Position numbers and translations under genes: made by a program. Positions 1-10,929 of a stretch of 64,000 nt of DNA are shown here, piece by piece. The notes beneath the pieces are model-generated. The model searched no databases, was not told the origin of the DNA, and saw only the letters and a list, made by a program, of their open reading frames with translations. The stretch is from Lama glama (lineage: Eukaryota), in NCBI GenBank assembly GCA_028534125.1, contig CM052817.1, forward strand, positions 27,592,001-27,656,000. The letters are read 5' to 3'. Each line of letters begins with the position of its first letter. The first letter of the stretch is position 1.

Positions 1-105
1 AATTTTAGGTAGGTTTATTTGTTTATTTAATGGAGGTCCTGGGGGTTGAACCCAGGACCTCATGCATGCTAAGCATGCACTCTACCACTGAGCTATACCC
101 TCCCC
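1..105 (-). mobile_element. tRNA-Ala-derived SINE (Vic-1-like), cut by the window edge
   Basis: Reverse complement reads ggggagggtatagctcagtggtagagtgcatgcttagcatgcatgaggtcctgggttcaa, then an AT-rich tail. Confidence 0.85.
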
Positions 106-659
106 ACAGAAAAGGATTTTTTTTTTTAAGGATATTGCATAGTTACCAAATTTTTTAAAAAGGAGGCAAGATGCTGACTTGGAAGCTCTATAACCAGGAA
201 CTATGTGGCTTCTTACTGCAGTTTCCATTGGACACAGTTGTCACTATTGCTGACACTCTCCAGGACGTCTGCCCTACTGCCTCTGAATTTGTATATCTTT
301 GCCTTGCAGCTCTTCCCTCATCAAAAATATGTTCCATGAGATGCCTTGCTTTTCCCATTACTTTCTTGCAAACTGAAGCCTCTCAGATTTCTGATGGTTG
401 GTTGGTTTGAGGCTCTGTCACATCTGCAGGCCCTAACTGGAAAGGAGCCTGGGAAAGCAAGTCGGCGTCTCGCCTCCTAGCTCGGAGGGATAAACTCACA
501 TGGTAGAAGATTCCCCAGATAATGGAAGTATGTTCAAAATATGCTGGACAGCCACAAAATATAAATGTCCTTCTCTGGCACTGAATTCTATCATTTTTTT
601 AAAAATTCTGAATCAGGAGACCTGAATTTAGTTTTAAAAACTGATTTAGATTTTAAAAA

Positions 660-1438
660 AATCTAAAAATAAACTTGCCATATGATCTAGCAATCCCACT
701 CCTGGGCACATATCTAGAGGAAACTCTAATTCAAAAAGATACATGCACCCCAGTGTTCATAGCAGCACTATTTACAATAGCCAAGACATGGAAGCAACGT
801 AAATATCCATGAAGAGATAACTGGATGAAGAAGTTGCAGTAGGGGGGAGGATATAGTTCAAGCACTAGAGCACATGCTTAGCATGCACAAGGTCCTGGGT
901 TCAATCCCCAGCGCCTCCTCTAAAAATAAATAAATAAATAAACCTAATTATTACCCCTTAAAAAAAAGTTGTAGTATATTTATATTTATACAATGGAATA
1001 CTACTCAGCCATAAAAAAATAATAAAATAATACCATTTGCAGCATTATGGATGGACCTAGAGATCCTCATTCAAAGTGAAGTAAGCTGAAAGAGAAAGAA
1101 AATACCATAAGATATCACTCATATTTGGAACCTAAAAGAAAAAAAAAGACACAAATGACCATATTCACAAAACAGAAACAGACACAGATACAGAAAATAA
1201 ATTTATGGCTGCAAGGAGGGGAAGAGGAGGGAAAGGATAAATTGGGAGTTCGAGATTTGCAGATACTAACTATTATATAAACAACAAGTTTCTTCTGTAT
1301 ACGATAGGGAACTATATTCAATATAATGAAAAAGTATAAGAAAATGAATATATGTATGTATATGTATGACTGAAACATTATGCTGTACACCAGAAATTGA
1401 CACATTATAAACTAACTAAACTGCAATTTAAAAAAAAA
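660..1438 (+). mobile_element. LINE-1 3' fragment (ORF2 end + 3'UTR), interrupted by a SINE
   Basis: ccatatgatctagcaatcccactcctggg...agcagcactatttacaatagccaagacatggaagcaac; ends in an A-tail. Confidence 0.9.
842..965 (+). mobile_element. tRNA-Ala-derived SINE (Vic-1-like) nested in L1
   Basis: tRNA head, (TAAA)n tail; TSD aagttgcagta / aagttgtagta. Confidence 0.88.
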
Positions 1439-3122
1439 CTTTGTTTAATCCAGAATTTGTTTCCAGTAGCAACCATTAAACAGTCTGTCTGCTTTCAAAT
1501 TTACTTTCCTTATTCCTGACTTTGCTTCTAAGCCTTATCAGTTGCATATTTTCTTATTAGACATCCTGGTAAATAATAGCCCACATCCACTGCCTGGAGT
1601 ATGATTCCATCATGGACTTTATTCATTGTCTGGGGGGTGGAGTGAGTCAACAACATGAAGCTTCACTTATGGAAAAGGAGTAAGAGTGTGAGCCCATTAT
1701 CAAAAAAAAGCAGCAGGGGTGTAAAATATTGGGCCATCTCAGAGCTTCTTGCCTGTTAACCATAAAACCCAGGGTATTCAGCAGGCAGGTCAGTGAGCAG
1801 CCTACTGCCCAGGTCAAATGGTATACTAGACTCTATGACTAGTCTTGACACCGTTTAACTACTTTTTCTATAACCTTTCATTTTTCTTTTTCTTTTTTTT
1901 TTTTTTTGCAAGTCTATTACAGGAATGACTCTGCTAAATTAGAGATTTAAGTTCAGAATTCACTGTCATTGCTGGAATAACATGTAGCAGTGCAAGTTAA
2001 TGAATAATTATTTTTTGTACTATGGCCTCTGATTGCAGTTCACTTGTCACAGCCATGTGGGTTTAGTAATTACTCTTTTGACACTTTCTAAAATGTTTTT
2101 AGCTTTTTAAAAACATTTTGCTGCTATTTTTAAATTTTTCTTTTGTTTAGTTCTTTTCTATTTATTATATTCTTCCATTTGCCCTAATTCTTTGGAAAGA
2201 CCATCAAAGGCTCTTGATGGTCTACTTCTGTTTAAGTGTAAAGAGGAAGTGAAATTCTTCAACTGGTTTTTTCCTTATTGTAAGTAAGTCAAACCCATGG
2301 TCAAACTTGTTTACCATTTCACAGGCACAGTTTAGGCATCAGCTTTCAAGGGCGTATTTTCAGCTTGTTACAAACCATGCTTTGGCCTCCCTTTTCCAAA
2401 GTCCCCTCCTTCTAAACCAGGAAATTCAGGGCAGGGGCAGTATTATTCTCCTCCCATTTCAGTTTCTCTGTAACTGCTGTGTCCAGAAGTAAATATGGCA
2501 TAGCCAAAATTAATACCAGAGTCAAATCAATTCAACCCCTTAAAAAAAAAGAGGCTAAAAAGATGGCCTGGATATTTTTAGAAATAATCAGTGTAAAATT
2601 TCACAGAAATCTGATATATATATGTGTGTGTATATATGATATATATGTGTATATATATATTTTTATATATAGATGTCTCATAAAAGTATTTCCAGCAAGC
2701 TACCCAAAGACAAGGAAAGGAATTTTGACGGTGTTAGGAGATAGCAGAGTGAAGTTGGTGGGAAAAAGAAGCTGTAATGAAGCATGTCCATGCTGCTGTA
2801 ATATTTGAAAGTTCACAAGAAGCTGAGAATAAAATAGAGCAAGATTCTAGCCCTGTGTATCTTTTTGCCTTCCTATCCTCACTTGCATAGATATTTGAGG
2901 CAAGAAGAGAAGTATTATCCCGTATTTCTCTCTCCCTGATTCTCAAGAGTGATGGTGAAATGGACAGAGCTGGACGATAGGAAAAAGTATTAGTATTAAG
3001 ATGCATGGGTAAGGACTCCAGAATTTAGAAATACACAAATACACACACATACATACACATATTTGGTAGAAGCTGGTGGGCATTGCCTTTAATATGCAGT
3101 TTTGAACTGTGACTCAGAGAAG

Positions 3123-3314
3123 CAGGATTCTTCAACAGCGGCTCTATTGACATTTTGAGGGGTCTAATTCTTTGTTGTGACAGGCTACCCTGCACCTCGT
3201 ATGATGTTTAGCAGCATCTTTGGCCTCTACTCACTAGATGCTACTAGTTTCCAGCTGTGACAACCAAAATGTCTTCAGACACTGCCAAAAGATGCCACTG
3301 GTTGAGAATCACTG
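3123..3314. mobile_element. MER20-like hAT DNA transposon
   Basis: ttcaacagcggctctattgacattttg...gtgacaaccaaaatgtcttcagacactgccaaa...gttgagaatcactg resembles recalled MER20. Confidence 0.75.
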
Positions 3315-3910
3315 CTGCAAAGCCAACATGATGTGGTGAGGCGGGAGAACACGGGAGTGAGCTGGGCAGGCAGGCTAGTAATGCTGGAGAGGCAAAATTG
3401 CGAGGGTACCTAAGGAGAGATGGGAGGAGATGGTGGATGATGAAACTGAGTGGAATTCTGGGACAGGGCATGTGGGTCCCTATAAGAGAGGGAAAGGGTC
3501 CTAGAGGCTGAGAGAGCCTTTTAGGAATGTAACAAAAAGTCATGCGACATTGAAGGGGAGAGCGTGCTTGGTCTTCTGATGGTGGGGTCAGAAGGGAAAC
3601 AGGCAATACCTTAACTACTGCCTAACTGTGGTGAGTACCTATGGTGGTAAAGTTGCTGTGCTCTTTCTATAGGAAATTGTGACTTATCTTGCTCACTGTG
3701 AGTAAGGATGCATGGCGATCCCAACAGGCCCCACTGAGGAGAAACTGAGGTCCCTATGCTTTGGTAAGTCCTTGCAAGACTTGCTTTATCTGTCAGCTGA
3801 CTCCTAGCGAGCAGTGGTGGACTACATTCATCTGATTTATATATATACCTCTTGCCCTATGTTGTGGCGTTCCATGGCAAGTCTGCAGGCCTCAATCTCA
3901 TTTACTCTCT

Positions 3911-4897
3911 GTGATTCCAACTCTAACAAACCAAAACGTCAGAGTTTGGAGCAGAGAAAGGTTTACTGCAGGGCCAAGCAAGGACCACTAGTTCATGTTG
4001 TGGGACAACGTGGTGGCTGGTTGGTGACATGGTGACACACGGGTTGGTAAAAGAATTTACCAAAGTATGAGAATAGAGAGGAGTTTATTAGGGTTCGCTG
4101 CTATAGGCAACAGCGGGCCACACAGATGAGAGGTGCCTGTGTGAGCCCCAAGGGCCAGTTGTTGGGGTCTTTTATAAGGTTGGTTCACAAGGTGCATGAC
4201 TGCCTTGTGCACAGGTCTCTGCTTGTAGGTGAGGTAATAAGTTTAGGATGAAGGGCGGTGGGGCTTATGACTCTGATAAGGTGGGCTGAAACAAGCCAGC
4301 CTGAGAATTATCGAGGGCAATTAGTCTGTTAGGGGAAACATGCCCAGTAAAGTATGTCCTTTATCTGTTGAGGGATCACAGGCAGACATCTGAGAGACCA
4401 GGAATACGGGTCGTTGGACTTTGAAGGACATAACTTGGCCCAATAGCTCATGCTCAAAACCCCTGAACTCTCCCATGTTTTTGGGGGAAAATTTTTATAG
4501 GCAAAATTTGGGGTGAGGACTGCAGGGTGTGTGTGACTTTCTTCTGATTGGCTAGTGGTGAGGTAATAGGGTGGTATTCCAGGAACCTTGTGCTCCGCCT
4601 GAAGCTGCCATCCTCCACCTGGCTGGGGGCTTTAGTTCTTGCAGAACTCAAAGATAGTGTTGTGTATATGCCTTGAGGGGGAACCTTGACCCTGCTTCAA
4701 GGCTGCACTATTGATTCCAGACCCTTCCTCCCTTAAGTGCATTCCCTCCCTTCCCTAATTAGCAACTGTTTGAATCTGCCCTTTGGAGCTCAGGGAAGGT
4801 CAAGAAGGCTGAATGAAGCCTACTTCTTACAAACAAGAAATAGGAGACAAGGAAAGGATTTGCACCAGAGAGGGCCCCACAGGGTCCTGCTGTTTCT
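3911..4897 (-). mobile_element. ERV solo LTR (host element, split by a nested LTR)
   Basis: LTR-type sequence resumes after the insert (gctcatgctcaaaacccctgaactc); TATA-like tttttatagg near 4491 on - strand; start approximate. Confidence 0.7.
3996..4445 (-). mobile_element. ERV solo LTR, family A copy 1 (nested)
   Basis: Starts TGTTGTGGGA; TSD gttca/gctca; AATAAA and TATAAA on - strand; collinear with 9611-10077. Confidence 0.85.
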
Positions 4898-5176
4898 GAT
4901 GAATGAGATAATGCCCATAAAGTGTGTGGCAATTAGTAAATGATCAGTATTACTTCTACTGCTACTATCATACTTTGAAATTATCTAATTATTTTTAAAT
5001 TTTCTGTCTCCTCCAATAGAAAATAAGCTCTATGATACTGGAATCTGACCTGTTTAGTACATACAGGGAGCTGCTGAATATGTCTCAAGTTGAACATTAA
5101 AATAAAGTAAGAATGAGATTTCTCAAAAGAATTTAGGATCAAAGGAAATTTCCGTAAGGAACTTTAAAACTGACAC

Positions 5177-5787
5177 TGTTACCTGAAAATTGGGTTCACC
5201 TCTTGGTGGATGTCGAGCTAAGAGACGAAACCGAGCCAAAGATCAGGAGAAGGAAGGATTTATTACTTGCAGCAAGTACGGAGAACACTGGGAATCTTTC
5301 ACAAAGCAGTGTCTCCCCAACAGCAAAACTGGGGATATTTTATAAGCTAAGGATACATGTATATACATGAAGGGGCTTGAACAGAGGAGAATTCAGCATA
5401 GAATTGGGGCAAAGGCTGACAGAGTCCAAGCTTTAGTTGACTGAAGTCATGAGGGTAAGAAAAGGTCAACACCATCATTCTGTCCTCCACCTGAGTGGGG
5501 GCCTTAGTTCCTGCAGAACTCAGAGTCATTCATCAGATTGTTATGTATATCCCTTGAGGAGGAACTAGGACTCTGTTTTATTGCAGAACTATTGTTTCTT
5601 GACTGCTTTCCCTTTGTTCCTACACTCCTTCATTTCCCTTAAGATCATTAATTACTGAGACCTGTTCAAGGGCAAGTACTGTTGTCAGGCTTAGATCACA
5701 AAACAGCTTTGGCCAAAAATGGCTTCTCTTATGTCAAGAAAGTCTTGGTTCTCTTTCTTTAGGGACCCCCTACCTTGTTTGCTTACA
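5177..5787 (-). mobile_element. ERV1-like solo LTR
   Basis: TGTTAC...TTACA termini; 4-bp TSD acac/acat; tttatt and tttata motifs; shares an internal block with the 3911-4897 LTR. Confidence 0.8.
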
Positions 5788-6042
5788 ACATTGCCTTAAT
5801 TTTTAGCAACTAATTACTTTTAAAACAAACCACCATGCATTCCATTCAGTTAATTTACTTGTGTGAGGCACTGTTTTAACCCCTGGGAAACAGCAATGTG
5901 CAAAACAAAGATTTCAGCATCATGATGCTTACTTTTTATTCTGAGGCAGAAAATTTTTTTAAAAAATACATAATTATTTCAAATATCTATAGGTGTCTTA
6001 AAGATAAGTATACAGGGCAACAGAGCAGAGAATAAGGAGGCC

Positions 6043-6561
6043 TATTAGGGAGCATCAGGGAGGAAATCTTCCTCTGCCCTTCTAAGTTTTTCTAGTGGTC
6101 TAAGAATTAAATGAGGCAGATTAATAGGGGAAAAAAATCAAATTTTAACATGTTGACAAGGGAGAGATCAAGGAAAACTGAATAAGTAACTCATCAAAAT
6201 GGTTGAAACCTTCACCTTAAATACCATCTTCAGTTAAAGACCAAAGAAGATGTTGAGGGTAGTAGTTCAGAACTTCGGGGTGGGGGCGCAATGACAGAGC
6301 TGAAAAAGCCAATTTTGGTGGGCCATGCAGAAACAAAAGACACAGGAACTTTAACAGAACTTGCTAGGTTCTCGCCTACATATCTAGTTCATAATATGGT
6401 TGAAAAGCCCCCTTCTTGGAATAGGTCGTCTATCTATATTCTTCTAGGCAGTTAGGGGAAAGGTCAAATGTGAGGAGTCTTTGGGACCTTAAAATAATTA
6501 GCCTAAATTAGCTCTCATGCCAAAGAAACACATTTTGGGGTGGCAAGTTTGCTCCCCTACA
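6043..6561 (-). mobile_element. ERV-like solo LTR interrupting an L2-like relic
   Basis: Ends ...ttttggggtggcaagtttgctcccctaca; start tattagggagc is an imperfect inverted copy of that end. Confidence 0.65.
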
Positions 6562-7187
6562 ATAGCTAGGGTGGTCAAGGCAGGCCTCTTTCCAGGCATG
6601 AGCTAAGACCTAAATGCACATGTCAGATAAACATAGTTAATGCCACTGAGTGTTGTTCTGGTCTTTCTGGGACCACACTGACTCCTATTTATGTGTCTGC
6701 ACATTTCGTTTTACCCAAATTATGAATGCATAAGCCATGTTTTATTATATTACACCGGGTTGTGAGGTTCAGAGGTTAGCAGTGCAAGTAACTGATTCCC
6801 TGGGTACTTGCCTTCATGGTACTGGCCACACGATAGTGTTAACGATGTACTGAGGACATTGTAGCCTAAGCTTGGACTTACCCAGGGAAGGCTTCTCAGA
6901 GAGAGTCTCAGAAAGCTATTCTATCTTCCCACCCTACCTCCCATTTCCAACACCAAAGACCAGAATCTGAGCCCAGAAAACAGAAAAGTAGGCAGAGCCC
7001 CCAAAGGCTGTCATTTCTATGAAAGCTTTCCTGGCTGTTAAGAAGCAAACAGTTCACCTGTAGACCTCCAAGCAAGACGCAAAAACAAGCGCTGAACACT
7101 ACACGAACGCCAAACTTCCCGCGCAGCCGCACTCTCCCCAGCTGCTCCGGGTCCGTGGGGGCGAGGACTCGCTAGTCCCATTCCGCT

Positions 7188-7201
7188 TTACGTCACTTCC
7201 G
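7188..7201 (-). promoter_or_regulatory. Composite ETS-CRE motif (CGGAAGTGACGTAA on - strand)
   Basis: ttacgtcacttccg: overlapping ETS (GABPA-type) core and CRE/ATF site; a second ETS core atttccgg at 7237-7244. Confidence 0.65.
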
Positions 7202-7374
7202 CTATCCGCGCGGCCCGGGCTCTAAAGGACGTTACCATTTCCGGGTTCGCTGAGGCCGCCTGCGGCGGCGCAGGCGTTGAATTTCGCGAGTGTGCGGTCT
7301 ATGGAGTCAGTTGGTGTCGGCAGCGGCGCGGAGGCAGCAGGCTGTGTCCGAGTGGGGGCCTTTGCCCCGCCAGT

Positions 7375-7486
7375 ATGTTACCGGGCTTGGCCGCCGCCGC
7401 TGCGGCCCACAGATGTAGCTGGTCCTCCCTATGCCGGCTCCGTCTGCGCTGCAGGGCGGCGGCCCGCAACTCCAGCGACCGCCAGG
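7375..7486 (+). CDS. SLC30A9: SLC30A9 coding exon 1 (Arg-rich N-terminus, mitochondrial presequence-like)
   Basis: ATG at 7375 (cagtATGt) gives MLPGLAAAAAAHRCSWSSLCRLRLRCRAAARNSSDRQ, matching the recalled SLC30A9 N-terminus; donor G|gtgagt; 112 nt, phase 1. Confidence 0.97.
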
Positions 7487-9350
7487 GTGAGTGTCCCGCG
7501 CCGGCCGCTGACTCCGCGGAAGCCGGACTGGAGAACCAGGCCGGGCTCGGTGCTGGGCCCCTCGCCTCGGCCAATTGTTCGCCGGCTTGCCCTTCCCCAA
7601 CCCCACAACCTTCGTTTCGGGCCTCCGCCTTTGCAATTCAGACTGCCCAGCCAGCGGAGGCCCCTGACAGGCCTCGCTGAGCTTGGTCTCGCCTCCAGCC
7701 CTAGCACGGCCTCCGCGGAAACTTGGGGCAATTTGCATGCCTAGTTGCCTACAGGAAACCCACCAGTTTGTTGTCAGTAAAACGTTACGTGAACATAGCA
7801 TTGCCGACCTCCCTTTCCCCTCAGGCATTGAGGAATTGCTGACTCCACAAAGTTCCAGGGTCTTTTGAGCTCACCGACTCACCTTCATTGGGCACTTTTG
7901 GCCGAGCAGATTTTCTTACCCTGCTCCTTTTCTCATGCTCCCAACTTGTTTTGTTAAATTTTCTAAGGAGGAAATTGGGGGATGCTACTTAACATTTACA
8001 AATCATGCTTACAAATGCAAGTATGAACATCCCACAGTTATTGAATGAGCCCAGTTCCACTGAACAATCTTTTTGGTGAAAAAATGCGTTTTGGTGCTGC
8101 GGCAAATTAAAAAGTGGTTATAGAGAGTTTTTATCCCTCTCAACATTCTTTTCTGACTCAAATTTAAATTTTAAATCTGACAGTTTCCAAAATAACATTG
8201 AACTTTTAATCAGGTTTACATCCAATTTTGCCATAATTGGCATACCGTAGGTTGCTTGGCACTTGCGAACTTGCAGAAACAATGAGGGAGATGACAACTA
8301 AATCCACCCCTAAACTAATCCCCCAGGTTCTTGGGGATGTAAAGTGTTTACAAAAACATTGCCCCAAAATTTATGTCTGAAAAAACTTGTAGCATGTTTG
8401 TGACCTCGCAATAGAAGTTGGAAGTTGTAGTCATTCAATTAATAAGTGATATGAGCAACAGTAACGCCTGTGCTGTGAATTATTTTAGGATTTGTTCTTA
8501 TCTTTTTGCAATAAATGTAAAAACTGGCTCTTAAAATTTCAGAAGTGTTGCTTTTAACAGCACTGTTTTTGGGGCTTTTTGGTATTGATGGAAAAGTATA
8601 GTATAACTGTTGAGTTTTTCTGTATTGGAAATATACTTGATTCTCTTGTCAGCAAAATGAATTATCTGGTTATGTACTGTACTCCAAAATCCCCAACTAA
8701 ACTTTCTAGCATAATTGCTTCTATTGACCAAGCAGTTTTAGCATTTTACACTTCAATTAGGTGTAGTGGCTGTTGAATTTAGTCTAAACTGCTGTTTAAG
8801 TGTTGGTAAAAAGGAGTTGAACTAGTGTGATTTGTAATCCCTTATTCTCTGTAGCTGTCATGTTGAAAATTAACGTGCTTTTTGTCACGGCCATCTCACC
8901 AGTCAGAATGACTGCAAATTTCTTTGCAGTGTTTATTACCAAAAAATTAAAATGTATTTTCATATTTAAAAATACTTAGTCAATTTTAAAGATAACTTTA
9001 TTTGTGAAAATTTAGTTTCGATAATACTGAAACAGTTTTTAAAAGAGCAACCATAATTATGGTAAAGCTTTAGAAAAAGAGTACTAATTAAGTTGATGCA
9101 TGTAAGAAGAAAATATTTGAAGAACTTTGGGGAAAAAATTCTAAAAACAGATGTTTTTCTTTGTCAAATAAAGTTTAGTTTATGCTTCTAAAATTCCTGT
9201 GTGGCTGGGAAAAACTTATAAAGAATAAGGAGAGAAGGTACGCTTGAGGGCAACAGTTGCTTTATTTGCATACTTAAAAGTGAGAAATATTTATATGTCA
9301 AACTAAGGCTGAAAACGTTTAAAGGTGAAAAGGAAAACAATATTCTGGAG

Positions 9351-10097
9351 CAGCTCTGTCCAAAAGAAATATAATGCAAACCATATATGTAATTTTGAGT
9401 TATCTGATAGCCATGTTTTAAAAAGTAAAAACAGATAAAATTAAATTTTTTATGTTTTATCCAGTATATTACAAATATTTCAACATATAATCAATATAAA
9501 AATTACATTATCTTTTTGTACTAAGTCTTTGGAGCCTAATGTGTATTTTACAGTTACAGCACATCTTAGTTCAGACTACCCACATTTCAAGTGCAATAAA
9601 CAAAGACTACTGTTGTGGGACACAACTTGGCAGTGGGCGGGTGACAGGGTGTCTCAGGCTGTAAAAGAATTTACCAGAGATGAAGGAGAATAGTAAAGGA
9701 GTTTATTAGGGTACTCTGCCATAGACAACAGTGGGCCACACAGACAAGAGGTGCCTATGTGAGCACCGAGGACTGGTTCTTGGGGTCTTTTATAAGGTTG
9801 TGTTACAAGGTGCCTGATCAGCTGGTGCACAAGTCTCTGATTGGTTGGAGGTAAGAGGTTTAGGGTCTATGAAGGGCAGTGGGGTTTATGACTGATAAGG
9901 TGGGCTGAAATGAAACAGCCTGAGCTATTATGAGATTAGGCATTACCTAGGGCTATTAGTTTGTTAGGGCAAACATGCCCAGTAAAGAATGTACTTTATC
10001 TGAGAGATCAGAGGCAGACATCTGAGAGCCCAGGAAAGGGTGTCATTGGACTTTGAAGGACGTCAGTTGGCCCCACAACTACTGTATGGTAGTGCGG
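9351..10097 (-). mobile_element. MER33-like hAT element, interrupted by an LTR
   Basis: cagctctgtccaaaagaaatataatgcaaaccatatatgtaatttt...cagcacatcttagttcagactacccacatttcaagtgc matches recalled MER33 in reverse. Confidence 0.75.
9611..10077 (-). mobile_element. ERV solo LTR, family A copy 2 (intron 1)
   Basis: TGTTGTGGGA...CCCCACA; perfect 5-bp TSD actac at 9606-9610 and 10078-10082. Confidence 0.88.
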
Positions 10098-10809
10098 TTA
10101 TAGAGTTAAGTGTCCCTAATTTGTAAAGAGGTTTTACCAAACAGTGTACATTCCAGTAGAAAAATGGGCAAAGAAAGTGAATGAGTTCATAAAGGGGTTC
10201 AAGTGACCAATAAAAAATGCAGAAATGTTCCATATTTACTGATAAGCATAGAAATATAAGGCTAGAGGATTTACTATTCATTGCCTGACTCATGTTATCT
10301 ATGTTTTTCATAGTAATACATCATATTGAGTGTGCAGGAAAGCAGGAACTCTCTTACTACTGATTGGGACATGTAGTTGAACGGTGTTTTGGAGGTCAGT
10401 TATTCTTTGTAGAAAAAGAACTTTAAAGGTCCATGCCTCTTGACCCAACAAGAGATTTACTTAAGAGACCCACTTAAGAGATTTGCTCTCAATAAATAGA
10501 TACATATTAAAGGGTATGTACAAGTTCATTATTAATAGTAGTAAACAGATAACATATACAGTTATGAAGAGTTGAAAACAAATATGTTACGGTACATTTA
10601 TTATGGACTGATGATAGATGCAAGCATTTAAAAAAATCAATTTAGAAGAATATTTAGTGACACAGAAAAATGCTCTTGATGTATACTAGGTAAAACTAGA
10701 AAAAATACAGTAAGAATATATACTGTGATGTTAACAGTTTCTCTGAAAAATTTTTTAATTAACCAGTGTTTTTTCCAAATAATCTACAATAAACATATAC
10801 TTTTTAAAT

Positions 10810-10929
10810 TTGGGGGGGTTATTAGGTTTATTTACTTATTAATTACTATTATTTTTTATTTGACGAAAGTACTGGGAATTGAACCCAGTACCAGGCATGT
10901 ACTGTACTGCTGAGCTACACCCTCCTCCC
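10810..10929 (-). mobile_element. tRNA-Ala-derived SINE with internal deletion
   Basis: gtactgggaattgaacccag...tgagctacaccctcc; TSD aacatatactttt on both sides. Confidence 0.8.

Larger units (their letters stand above)
7075..7810. promoter_or_regulatory. CpG island / TATA-less promoter of SLC30A9
   Basis: Abrupt GC- and CpG-rich segment in an otherwise CpG-depleted window, spanning exon 1; boundaries estimated by eye. Confidence 0.9.

Noticed and set aside
1..7000. Absence of the DCAF4L1 retrogene that I recall lying upstream of human SLC30A9
   Set aside because: Lineage-specific insertions expand this interval, so the orthologous position may be outside the window; no conclusion is possible
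7075..7500. MTF1 metal-response elements (TGCRCNC) in a zinc transporter promoter
   Set aside because: A manual scan of both strands of the core promoter found no exact match
7277..7828. Several long overlapping ORFs on both strands
   Set aside because: Expected from stop-codon depletion in a GC-rich island; only 7375-7486 matches a known protein (the ATG at 7301 is reported separately as a uORF)
3996..10077. A single provirus or LTR element that captured the promoter
   Set aside because: Each LTR has its own different TSD, there is no gag/pol remnant, and the interior is host promoter plus unrelated repeats
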